Of a stretch of DNA of 64,000 nucleotides, positions 36,264 through 47,622 are shown in pieces (within the stretch, counting starts at the first letter, position 1; each line of letters starts with the position of its first letter). The position numbers were made by a program, and so were the translations under genes. A model generated the notes under the pieces. The model saw nothing but the letters and a program-made list of their open reading frames with translations, did not search any database and had not been told where the DNA came from. The DNA comes from Zygnema circumcarinatum SAG 698-1b (Eukaryota > Plantae > Zygnematophyceae), in assembly GCA_037447605.1 (NCBI GenBank), contig CM074821.1, positions 1,054,001 to 1,118,000 of the forward strand, written 5' to 3'.

Positions 36264-39200
36264 TGTAGCACATAGATAAGTGGGGTTAAACAAAGACTGT
36301 TGAGCTAGCTGCAGGTGCTGTACGGCCACTCGCGCGTCCGTGCTGAAAGTAATGAAGGGTTGGGTTGGTTCTGTGGGTCTGCCTGCAGCATAGAGCCAGG
36401 ATCCGGGGGATTCAGAGGTACGCGCAGCGGAAGACGTAGGGATCCNNNNNNNNNNCTCTCTCTCTCTCTCTCTCTTACTTAGCATCTGTTGCTGTAACTG
36501 AAGAGGAAGGAAAAGAAGAAAGAAGAACAAGACAACAAACCACACAGCAAATACAAATACTAAGCCCAGCACTAAAAGACAAAACAGCATCACTGACATC
36601 CCATCTACTTAACACTGACAATAGATCTTGAGTCTTAGCAGTGACAGTCTCTGATTGGCCAACTGCCCACTGAGAGGCCTGACTGACTACGTGGAGCCTT
36701 CGGATAGGTCAACTAATGATAATCATGGCCTCGGCGTGTTCCCGGTACTTTGCTGGATGGTGTTGTTCCAGGCCGCTAACGCATGGCGCCGCTTCTCTCA
36801 ATCAATCTCCGCTATAGCTCCTGGATTCGCTGATCCGCGGACACGGAAGAGGCATATGTCAAGTACAATTGAACGGACGCGGATCCGTCGAACGCAGCTC
36901 CGTTACGCTACATCTGTAGCACATGCCGGGGGGGGGAAAACAAGCGCACGCCCCTGCGGGCGCAAGGAAGAAGAGACAAAGGGCAGGGGAGGGGACCATG
37001 ATGACGTGGACGGGGGGCCGCGCGAGGCGAGTCGGCGGCCGTCTGGAGAAGCTTCCGCGTACATTCGGAAATGGGGAGTATCGGCGGGATCGGAGGTGGA
37101 GGAGGGAGTAAGACAAATGTGGGCGAAGGGGCAAAAAGTGGCGGGAAGTGCAGAATTGGCGGCGGGAACGAGAATTGGACCAATGAGGAGTCGTCATGGC
37201 AGGGGGGGTACGGAGGAGTCACAGTCGGTCGCGCGAACGCTCAGCCATCGCTGGGGAGGAACCGCTGACGGTAGCAGGACGCACGTCGATCCAGTGTGAA
37301 CGCCGGCAAGCTTCCACTAGAGTCAGGGCCTTCCGGAAATGATGGCCCAACCTGGGACTGACGGACTCCACACAAATGAAGGGGCCCAAACTAATGAAAA
37401 GCCCGCTGAGTCGGTTTATGAGATTCCTGAGCCAAATGAGCTGACGTGGCGCGACCTGATTGGGCGGAAGAGCAGCGCGTCGGCGCCTCCCAAAGTCGGT
37501 GAGTTGTCGCCTGTGCGCGCGTTCGAGGTGGTGGGAGGCCATGGAATCTAGGGTTTGGAAGCGGAGGGCTAGGAGCCGAAGCTGGGCGACCCGATCCGGG
37601 GGAGGCGCATCATCGTAGAAGAGGGGCTCAACAGAGAGGAGGTCAAGGGGAATGCGGGGCTTACGGCCATAGAGGAGCTCGTAGGGAGAGAAGCCCGTGG
37701 AGGAGTGGACGGAGGTGTTATACGTGAAGACCAGGGAGGGGATGACCTCGCGCCAGTCCGCCTCCAGCTCCGCGCAGCCGCGGACGCACGCATCCTTGAC
37801 CGTCTGAATGGTACGTTCTGCAAGCCCATTCTGCCAGGGGGAGTAGGGGCTGGAGGTGTGGTGAATGATGCGGAAGTCCTGCATGAGCTTGGCNNNNNNN
37901 NNNAATGCCCCCTTGTATTCGGTGCCGTTGTCAGAGTGGACAGAGTAGGGTATAGAGTGGCGGTGAATGATGGCCGTCAGGAGGCGAGCAGAGTGGATGG
38001 AATGCTTAGATTCTGTCGTGTGAACTTCCACCCACTTGGTGTATCTGTCCACGGCTAGGAAGACCCGAACGTAGCCAGAGGGGGTGCCGAGCTGGGGGAT
38101 AGAAAAGGTGTCAATGTTCCAATCCTCGGCGACGCCGCGTATTGGGATCTCACCCATCTCGAGTGGTTGGCGGTCGGGGGGAGCAGAGCGCTTGCCGCGT
38201 TGGCAGCGGGTGCAGGTTTCAATGTAGCGGCTCACCGCGCCATGGAGGCCGGGCCAATAGTAGCGTTCCTGTAGCAGAGCCACCATCTTCTTCTGGCCGA
38301 GGTGGAATCCGCCGGGCTGGGAATCGTGGGCGACATCCAGAATCTCCATGCGTTCATTGGGGAAAGGAACAGGAAGGCCAGAGGGGAGGTACAGTATCTG
38401 TCCGTCATCATCAACAGAGAAGTTCCGAGCGCGGCGGAGCAGCCGAGCTTCCCTCGTATCCTGGGTGGATAAAGGGGGTAACGCGGCGTGGTCATGACGA
38501 AGCAGAAGGGAGGAGTCNNNNNNNNNNNNNNNNNNNNNNNNNNNNNNNNNNNNNNNNNNNNNNNNNNNNNNNNNNNNNNNNNNNNNNNNNNNNNNNNNNN
38601 NNNNNNNNNNNNNNNNNGGATGGGTAAGTTGTGAATGCGGAGGTGAGGGTGTCTTGAGGTCCTTCGCTCTTACGGTAGGGCTAGCGTCTTTAGCTGGCGT
38701 GTCGCTTGAAGGGACTCTGGTACGGTCGTTATCAGTGAGATCTAGGTAAGGTTACGTCTCACGGGGGCGCTGTTAGGGGCCACATGAGGTTCCAAACGGC
38801 ACTCCTCTCTTCACGGCATCCTTTGACGTGACGGCGGCCACGGCGAGGTTGCGGCTTGATAAATGCGGCGTCGCATCTTTGCCCAGCCGGAGTTGTGGCC
38901 ATGTTGCACAGGCGAATCATTGCTGACTCTTCAATCGACTTCGATCACACGCTCAAGGTAAGCCCGGTGGGATAAGGGGTTCTCGCCGGTGATGCCCATT
39001 TTGATCACATCTCATTTGCCTCCTCTTAGAGAGTGCGAATCGGGTCCCTCGGTTCCCGTCACTTGTTCTTCTTCTTCTTGAGGTGCGGTCTTCCTCTGAA
39101 TCGCGATGAAGATAAGCGGCCCTCTCTTCTTTGCGGCTCTTCATCCATGGCTGAGGGCGTGACCGCGGTCGCGAGGGATCGGCTGACCTCGGCGTATCAA

Positions 39201-40237
39201 GATGCGTGGATCTGCCAGCAACCGACTCTGATACCAGATAAGTGAAGTTAAACAAAGGCTGGCGAGGAGCTACAAACTGCGGTCTTTGTCTGACCCTTCT
39301 ACGCTGGCGTCCGTCTTGAAGTAATGAAGGGTTGGGTTGGTTACGTAGGAGTGCGCAGGCCATAGAGCGGATCGGGGATTGAGTGCAGCGCTGGCCGAGG
39401 CGTAAAGGGATCTACGAAGATGTTCCAGCGTGGATTTCGATCTTGGCGAAAGAGGCGCAGCAGGGGGCTCTCTTCCTGATATCTCCTGCGGCTAGTCTCT
39501 TAGCTAGGCTTCTGGTTATCATGGGTCATTGGGATAGCGTAAAGGCGATTAGGACAAGATGGCTGACTGGCGTAGTGACGACAAAGAGAGCTTGATCTTT
39601 CCAGCTTAGATAAAGGTTGTATCTTGGAAACTCACCCGGCCGGTTGGGCGGGAATGTCATTACAATGAAATTGTCTTCTCACTGAAATCTTAGTCTAGCT
39701 GGGCTGACTGGGACGTCTAAAAGCTATCAGCAAGATGACTCTTCTGTCTCTCTCTCTCTATCTATGGCATTGAACTCTCTCTCTCTCTCTTACTCTTACT
39801 TAGCATCTGTTGTTGTAACTGAAGAGGAAGGAAAAGAAGAAAGAAGAACAAGACAACAAACCACACAGCAAATACAAATACTAAGCCCAGCACTAAAAGA
39901 CAAAACAGCCAGTGACATCCGTCTACTTAACTTAACATTGATAGATCTTGAGTCTTAGCGTTGGCGGTCTACCGATTGGCCAACTGCCCGCGAGCCTGAC
40001 TGACTACGTGGAGCCTTCGGATAGGTCAACGAATGATAATCGGCGGCCTCTGGCGGTGTTCCCGGGTGCGCCTTGCTGGATGGTGTGCTGTTCCGTGGGC
40101 CGCCAACGCATGGCGCCGCCTTCTCTCAATCTCCGTTGGCAGCTCCTGGATTCCGTTGATCCGTGACACGGAAGAGGCATATGTCAAGTACAATTGAACG
40201 GACGTGGATCCGTCGAACGCAGCTCCGTTACGCTACA
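36264..40237 (-). mobile_element. Ty3/gypsy LTR retrotransposon, gapped
   Basis: Direct repeats about 36264-36912 (contains an N gap) and 39236-40237; outer termini TGTAGC...GCTACA; ACGC on both flanks (36260-36263, 40238-40241); tRNA-iMet PBS TGGTATCAGAG on the minus strand at 39226-39236; integrase ORF inside; N gap at 38518-38617 probably hides RT/RNase H. Confidence 0.85.
37219..38517 (-). CDS. Retrotransposon pol, integrase domain (HHCC zinc finger plus DDE core)
   Basis: AHDSQPGGFHLG...CTRCQ (HHCC), WNIDTF, VHSDNGTEY, PYSPWQNGLAERTIQTVK, YNTSVHSSTGFSPYELLYGR. The frame stays open upstream of the Met at 38349 toward the N gap. Confidence 0.88.
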   Translation of the reverse strand, partial: DSSLLLRHDHAALPPLSTQDTREARLLRRARNFSVDDDGQILYLPSGLPVPFPNERMEILDVAHDSQPGGFHLGQKKMVALLQERYYWPGLHGAVSRYIETCTRCQRGKRSAPPDRQPLEMGEIPIRGVAEDWNIDTFSIPQLGTPSGYVRVFLAVDRYTKWVEVHTTESKHSIHSARLLTAIIHRHSIPYSVHSDNGTEYKGAXXXXAKLMQDFRIIHHTSSPYSPWQNGLAERTIQTVKDACVRGCAELEADWREVIPSLVFTYNTSVHSSTGFSPYELLYGRKPRIPLDLLSVEPLFYDDAPPPDRVAQLRLLALRFQTLDSMASHHLERAHRRQLTDFGRRRRAALPPNQVAPRQLIWLRNLINRLSGLFISLGPFICVESVSPRLGHHFRKALTLVEACRRSHWIDVRPATVSGSSPAMAERSRDRL

Positions 40238-41050
40238 ACGCCAACGCCAAAACGACCTAATTTTGGTATGGTACGACCGTACGACCGAACGAGTACGGTC
40301 GTACGGACGTTAATTGTTCAAAACGAGTGGGTATAATATATGTAATAAACTGTTTTACTTTGTAATATATTACTAATTTTAAACCCGTTGTAAATTATAT
40401 AATATATTCGGAATTTATAACGCGGGCCATCCCTACTCTGCAGTGCCGACCCCGCCTACCGACATGGTCGCTGTCGTTCCGGATCCACCTTCCTCCACGA
40501 CGGCCGCATCCACCCTCACCCGTACGGACAACAGAAAATCAACTCGACTTTACGGACGGCCAATATTGTGCCACGTCATTCATAGTTGACTCGTGGTCGT
40601 TGATCTTCCAGCTGGCCCACTCGCCATCCTTCTGGCCGCCGCGAGGCAGCAGCGTAAAAAATACTCCGAACTAACTGCCCGTCGACAAAATGTCGGTGCC
40701 GCCCGGTCGCTAACGACGCAATGTCGGTGCTGCAGGTATTCTAGGGGTTTTTCTCCACCCCGCCGTCGTCAGACGCGCTCGGCCCGCCGCGTGGCAGATT
40801 GTGCCACGTGGCCGAAGCCGCCAGAAGTCCAATTTTGGGAGTGTTTGTGGAGAGGGAGAGGGAGAGGGAGAGGGAGAGAGGGAGAGGGAGAGGGAGAGGG
40901 AGAGGGAGAGGGAGGGAGGGAGAGGGAGGGAGGGAGAGAGGGAGGAGGAGGGAGGAGGAAGAGGGAGGAAGAGGGAGGGAAGAGGGAGGGGAAGAGGGAG
41001 GGGAAGAGGGAGGGGCAGCGGGAGAGGGAGTGGGAGAAGGAGGGGAAGCC

Positions 41051-42380
41051 ATGGCGGACAGGAAGGTGGTGATGTTGCTGTTATTGCTCTCCGTGCTGAG
41101 CTGCGTTACCGGCAGCCATGGCCAGCTGAGCGTGGCCACGCGAAAGGCGGACATAGCGAAGATGAAGGCGGCGGCCAAGCGGCTGGGCCGCTACAAGCAG
41201 ATCCTATCGCTGCTGGAGCGGAGGGGTGAGATTAGGGTTGTGCTGCGCCGTACAAAAAGCAAAGAAAGAAATAATAAGGGACAAAAGAAAGCCTCTTTTC
41301 TTTAGCTCTCCTAATTGGGTTTTGGGATCGCGGTTGAACTTTATCTGTGGATCTGCGAATCTGGTGGACTCCCTTGAATCCCTGAAACCCTCCGCCCACC
41401 CCGTCCCTATTTTTCTGAACCCCCGAAAATCCTGAATCCCATGTGACATCATCCTCCATCCCTCTGAACCCTCCCAATCCCTCTCGCTTTCTCTCTGCCT
41501 CCACTCTCTCCCATGTGCCACGTGGCGTCTTGTCCCTCCCGCTCCCCCCCCATCCTCCCTGTCACTTCCCTATTCCTTTTGCCACGTGTCACCCTCCTCT
41601 TCATGTTCGCCCCGTTTCTCTCACTCCCTCCCACCAACTTTCCCCACCTCGCAACCTCTCCCCTATCCAACCCCAGCTAACCCTCTCCCCCCCCACCTCC
41701 CCTCCCTCGCCCGCCACCCTCTGCCTCTAATCATCTTTCCATTTCCTCCCCTCTAACACTCCCCCCACTCCGAAACCATCACGGAGCTTCAACCATCCTT
41801 CTCCCAACCCTCTAGACCTCCCTCCCTCTCTCCCATCCTCTACCACTCCCCCCCCCCCCCNNNNNNNNNNCCCCCTCTCCCTCCTCCCCCTCTCCCTCCT
41901 CCCCCTCTCCCTCCTCCCCCTCTCCCTCACCCCCCTCTCCCTCACTCCCCTCTCCCTCACTCCCCTCTCCCTCCTCTTGCAGGCCCCATCTCCTACAATG
42001 ACGTGCTTCTCCAAGTGCTGGCCACAAACCACCTCACCATCTTCCTCCCCACCGACACTGCTTGGAAGAAGCTTTCTCCCGCGGTGAAGCGGAAGCTCTC
42101 TTCGGGGAAAACAAAGCCTCTGATCGACCTCCTCGAGCTGCTCACCATTACCTCGAACCTTCCCGCCGCCCGCCTCGCCGCCATAAAGGCGGGCTCCACT
42201 TTTCTGAGTCTGAAAGGCTCGCTCCTCGAAAAGCGGTCCAACCCAAAGCAGATCACAATTGGGCTGCCGGGGAAGGCGCAGGCGAGGATATATGGGGCAG
42301 TGGGGGACAAGAATGTAATAACAACAGGGCGGGTGTCGGTGCATGGGTTTGACACGTGGCTCATTCCGCCGGGGTGGTGA
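41051..42380 (+). CDS. Secreted fasciclin (FAS1) domain protein, 2 exons
   Basis: Exons 41051-41225 and 41983-42380. Signal peptide (VVMLLLLLSVLSCVTG), H1 motif LTIFLPTDTAW, H2 motif VSVHGFDTWLIP. Confidence 0.85.
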
Positions 42381-44105
42381 GTAGAGGGGGATCGCATGTG
42401 AGAGGGAGTGGGAGAGGGAGAGGGAGAGGAGAGGAGAGGGAGAGGGAGAGGAGAGGAGAGGGAGAGGAGAGGAGAGGGAGAGGAGAGGGAGAGGAGAGGG
42501 AGAGGGAGAGGGAGAGGGAGAGGGAGAGGGAGAGTGATAGCGAGGATCTAGTTGTGCGTGGGATTGAGTAGAGAGGGTGTTCTGTGGATGAGGGGTAGGA
42601 GGGAGAGGAGGGAGTGATGGGATAGAGGGAGGGAGTGAAGGAAGAGAGAAGATGGAAGAGGAAGAGGGGGCCCAAAGGAGATGCAAGGGGAAGTCCACAG
42701 TCCAACTTGGCGACTTCTGCAATTTTGAATTTTAGTCCTGCAGAAGTCGGCATGTTGGGCTTTCGGGCTCGATCGAAAATTGATCGATGCATGCTGATGG
42801 GCCTCGACTCTCTCTCTCTAAGTTTTTGTAAAGTTGGGTCACAAGTGTACATTCTGTCGTAGCTTATTTTCTTGTGGGCCGACTCTTTAGAAAGGGTAGT
42901 ATGGTTTAGTATGGGGGTTGGTGGCGGTAGGCTATCCAGGCCTTCGAGAAACTTTCCCTGATCTGGGTTTAATTGGGCTGGGAAAGTATAGGAGCACAGC
43001 GTGTTTGATCGGAGGGCCAATCGGTGCTTTGGAAAAGAGTGTGTGTTTGTGTGTGGTGGTGTGGAAAAAAGCCTTTCGGGGTGGGCCTTTGAAATCTGTT
43101 GATCTGGAAAGTGGTAAGACTTGCTAAGGGGTGGGGTAATTGGGATGTGAAGTCAATTGGGAACATTCTTACCGGACTGGTTGGTGGGGTTGGTGGAAAA
43201 TTGAACTGTTTGAGAAAATCTTTTGCCGCCATTGCAGGTGGAGTAAATCTCAGTCTTTGTTCGGAGTTTTGTGCCTTCAGAGAACAATCAATATGGGTGT
43301 TATCAGATAAGAGTAGTGTAAAAACGACCCCTCTCTGCTTCTCCCCTCACACAAACAGTCAGTGGCCCACTCAAGTCTAAAGGCTACCCACCTCCCCACA
43401 ACACCAACATCGCGTTAAACTGTAGGAACATGGAGCGTGCTTCTTACTACGGAGCAGAGTTAATTCGTGGTTTTGCTCGTCACGTCACGCTGCGTGAGGG
43501 GCACCCCTCGCATGCACGAGCTTTACCGCCGACGACTTTGGAACGATAGTGAACGATCATTCTATTGGATATCCCAGAAGACGACATTGAAGGGAAGGAG
43601 CGACTTAAAAAAAAAAAAAAAACCTACTTGAAGATAGAAAGGCCACTTTCCTCATCACCCGCACACGCATCAGCCAATGGTGTGCAGCCACGTCATCATC
43701 ATCATCATCATCATCCATGGCTGCATTCAGCCTCGTGGTTTCTATTTGAAGGTCTTAAAATTCAGCTTCAGCTCGTTTCCACGCCATTCCTCGCCCTCCC
43801 TCTTTTGGCCTCGACCTTGGGTTTGCTCCAGTTATGGGAACGCCTTCATGTGTGTGACCATGGTCGATGTGCCTGTTTCACGGTAACAGCAACTGTAACG
43901 GAAACTGCAAATCCAGTAGGGGATGGAAAAAAAGTCCGTACAAGGGAGTATAGAGTTTTAGATTTCAGAATCAGACTAATTTTAAATTTAAGACACGACG
44001 CTGCGTTAAAATATCCATCCCTAGTATCAAATGTAGGTGCCAAAATCAAAAGAATTTGTAATTTACACAGCCTTTTTGAATAGATACACACCTTAAAAAA
44101 ACAAA

Positions 44106-44218
44106 GACACTCCTTGTTTGGCTAGATACACACCTTTTTTTCGCCAGTTTGATTTTACTTTAGGGTTTTGGGATTTTTTAAGGTGTGTATCTTGCCCAAA
44201 AGGTGTGCAAATAGACCC
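44106..44218. mobile_element. Third, small member of the AGATACACACC/GGTGTGTATCT inverted-repeat MITE family
   Basis: CCTTGTTTGGCTAGATACACACCTTTTT versus TTAAGGTGTGTATCTTGCCCAAAAGGTGTG; same motif as at 7180-7700 and 35525-35656. Confidence 0.5.
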
Positions 44219-44224
44219 TAAGAA

Positions 44225-44330
44225 ATCAAATGTCCACGGACAAAATCAGCATGGGGAACCAATACAAGCTGGTCGCAAAGGACCTCCCTAAGTTACAGTA
44301 GGACTGTAGGGCGCATGGAACGAGAGGACG
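44225..44330 (+). repeat. Dispersed repeat family copy C (partial)
   Basis: ATCAAATGTCCACGGACAAAATCAGCATGGGGAACCAATACAAGCTGGTCGCAAAGGACCT matches the 19810 and 56370 cores. Confidence 0.6.
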
Positions 44331-44331
44331 G

Positions 44332-44423
44332 TTCGTACGGTACGGCGGATGGTCCGTATGAACGGCCGGCTTTCGCGTTCCATACAGTACGCCACAACAC
44401 AGTAAAAGACCGTACCGTACGAA
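44332..44423. repeat. 92-bp segment bounded by a perfect 14-bp inverted repeat TTCGTACGGTACGG
   Basis: 44332-44345 and 44410-44423 are exact reverse complements. Confidence 0.65.
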
Positions 44424-44511
44424 TTTCATGTCACGGTGGGCTGCAAGCGCTTAAATCAGCGGGCGGCACGCGGGGGCGGTTCGTCGTATTCGGGATGTGC
44501 CACTCGCTCAT

Positions 44512-44762
44512 TGGTCGAACAGTCACGTGATCAAAATTTGGAGCGTTTTTATTGGTTTACATCGCCCATGGATCACGTGGCCATAGTTAACATGCATTGC
44601 ATGTGACACGTGGCAAAATTTCATTGGTCTGAGTGGCCCCTTGCTGCCGGACGAGGAAAGCAACAAAGAACTTTTGTTGTTTTCTGTCGATATCCACGTG
44701 TTTCATAAGCCAATAGAAATCTGCCACTTCATCAAATTGTCCACGTGACGAACTGATATTGG
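44512..44762 (+). promoter_or_regulatory. Dense G-box/CCAAT/RY cluster in the promoter of the alliinase/TAR-like gene
   Basis: CACGTG at 44524, 44574, 44607, 44695 and 44742; ATTGG/CCAAT near 44512, 44551, 44623, 44710 and 44758; CATGCATTGCATG at 44591. ATG at 44966. Confidence 0.6.
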
Positions 44763-44965
44763 CCAGGCGCTTACAGGTTCACCCCCCAGTGAACGTAAGC
44801 CCCCTCGGTTCCCTTCCGGCGCTGCGCCTTCTCCGCCGCTCCCCTCCTCCAACCCCTCCCTCCTCTCGACGCAGAAAACTTTTTAGGGTTTACAGAACCC
44901 TTGGGGTTCACTGCTTTTGGGGGTTTCTTGAGAGTTGAGAACCGACGGCATCGTCAGTGGCAGCC

Positions 44966-46261
44966 ATGGACGCTGCTTCTCCTCTGCTCGCCAATGAAAG
45001 AAAAGAAGAAAAGGGGAGTTCCCACGACCTCGCTTCCTCCTTCAGCGCGCAGAGGGCGGGCGGCGCCCCCTCTCCCTCCTCTCCCTCCTCTCCCTCCTCT
45101 CCCTCCTCTCCCACCTCTCCCTCCTTTTTCTCCCCTCCCTCCTCCTCCTTCTCAGCGAGCGTGATCAGCGCCTTCTGGCTAGTTCTACTGGTGGGAAGCT
45201 ATGGCTGCTCCATGATCCTGCAAGGCGAGCCGTCCGATTCGGCGGACGAGATCGCCGTTGCAGGCGCGCCCTCTTCCTGTTCGCCGCACGGAGATGCGTT
45301 CCAGGACGGGCCGCAGTGCGAGTGCCATCCGTGCTTTCGCGGGGCGGACTGCGGGGAGGCGAGGGAGGGAGAGGACTGCGTGCTGGATGTCAACAGGTGT
45401 GTGGGGGGGGGGGGGGGNNNNNNNNNNCACTGTTGCTACCTTTCTATCTCCTTCTCTCTCTCTCTCTCTCTGTCTCTGTCACTCTCTCTCACTCTCTCTC
45501 GCTCTCTCGCCCCCCGATCTCCGTTCCATCTCGCTCTCACTCTTTCTCTCTCTATCTCACTCCGACGCTCTCCCCCTCCTCCTAGTCTCTGTACCATATA
45601 TGTCATCTTTGAGAAATCGGTGTTCTGCACTGGACTTCTTATGAATGATGAACTCAATCTTGACCTTTCTTGATTCCGCCCCTTCTTTCTTTGGCCCTAC
45701 ACACTGTTCCATGCCTTTCTGCATCATCCATTTGAAAGTAAAAACCTATACCCAACGCGAAGTAGCCTTATCAGTTCATTCCAATCCACCCCTTCAAACT
45801 CCTCCAAACCCATACCCCCCCCACACTGACATCCAAACTTCCCCAACCCAATCTTCAACCCTACCCCATCTCTCATATCCATGCCCCCCCCCCCCCTTGT
45901 CCTCGTAGTGGGAGCCCTCACATGTTCGAACAGTACTGGAAAGTCAACGAGGCGAGCGGCCAAGTCCTTGTCCCTGCCTCATACAGAATGGGATATGAGA
46001 ACAATGGCGCCCAAAGTCCCTTCCATCTGCGTGCCTTGGAAGACCTAATTTTGAGGGTGCATGCCTTGGTGGGAAATGTGGCCACTGAGGGCCGCCATCT
46101 CGTCATAGGGACGGGTTCAACTCAGCTGTATGGGGCCGCCCTCTACGCTCTAAGTGATGAAACTAGCGATCAGCCCACACTTGTCACGGCAGCGGACCCT
46201 CATTATAACGTGGGAGACACTCTCTCTCTCTCTCTCTCTTTCTATTTCCTCTCTCTCTCCA

Positions 46262-46292
<31 letters not shown>

Positions 46293-47590
46293 CTCTCGCT
46301 CTCTGTCTGTGTGTCTGTGTCTCTCTCTCGCTTGAGTCCAGTCAATTTGCCATTATTCTAGCCTAGTAATTGCGACCACATGGGGGAGAGTCGGGAGACC
46401 CCGTTGCTACTTTCTGGAAGAGATAAGTGCGATAGGTTCTTGTGATGAGTGAAGAGAGAGCGAGAGAGAGAGAGAGAGAGAGAGAAAAGAGAGAGAGAGG
46501 GAGAGAGAGACAGGGGGGGAGAGGTAGCCGACCATAGATAGACCTCTCCTCATGTGAAAATAAGGGAGGTCCTGCTCTTGGAAGCTTTCTCTCTTCTGAT
46601 GCTTCTAACAACCATTGCTTCTACCAATTCTCCAGCCATCGTTGCATTGCATGTTAAAATAAAAAAAGAGTCCCATAAATCTGAGTGCTGCGATGTGCCC
46701 TTCCCTGCTTTCAGATGTACCACATGATGCCCGCCTTCTTTAGCTCCACAAGGTTCGCATGGGGTGGGAACACCACCTCTCCCTCTGTCACCTCCGCTAA
46801 GCGCACAATAGAGATTGTGACCTCTCCCAACAACCCGGACGGCCTCTACCGCAGTCCGCACCTCACGGGTCCCACCAACTTTCCCGTCTTCGATTTGGCC
46901 TACAATTGGCCGCAATTCACTCCAATAATTAAGCCTATAGATGAGGATGTGATGTTGCTCACTCTCTCCAAGCTGACAGGCCATGCTGGAAACCGGATCG
47001 GGTACTTTTCAAAGCTCCCACCCAATCTCTCTCTCCGTCCCTCTCTCCTTCCATCCCTCCTATCACTACCTCTCCCTCCCTACCTCCCTCCCTCCCTCCC
47101 TATCTCCCTCCCTCCCTCTTTTTCTGCTCCTCACCATGCAGGCACCTCTACCCCCCCCCTTCCTCTTTCCTCCCATCCAGCCCATCCCTACCTCCCTTCT
47201 TATCTCCCTCCCGCCTTCATTACTCTCCTACATTCATCTCATACACACAAACCCTGTCTACCTCTCGTTCACCTCCTTCCCTCCTCTCACCCTCCNNNNN
47301 NNNNNGGGGTGGGGAGTGAGGGAGTTCTGGGAGGAAGGGGGAGGAGGGGGGAGGAGTGGGGAGGGAGGAGGGGATAGCTTAATAGGGAAAGTTGTATCTG
47401 GTTTAGTTTGTGCTTCTAATAGTTCGCAGGGATTGTGTGCTGTCTGAAGAAGAAGTTTACTACTGAAGTTTAAGCTCTGACAGCGTTAGTCGTTAAATTG
47501 ACTGACTAAACTGCTCACTTGCAGCCCTCGCTCAAAGCCGACGGGGATGCAGTGTGAGAGGCAGAGCAGGAGAGGGAGAGAAAGGGAGAG

Positions 47591-47622
<32 letters not shown>

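Noticed and set aside
36655-37299. 214-aa plus-strand ORF
   Set aside because: Spans the LTR and the antisense of the retroelement 3' region; no domain.
42361-43380. ORFs downstream of the FAS1 gene
   Set aside because: Partly microsatellite; the remainder matched no family I recognise and has no supported splice model.
43565-44083. 172-aa ORF with poly-K and poly-H
   Set aside because: Derived from an A-run and a (CAT)n microsatellite.
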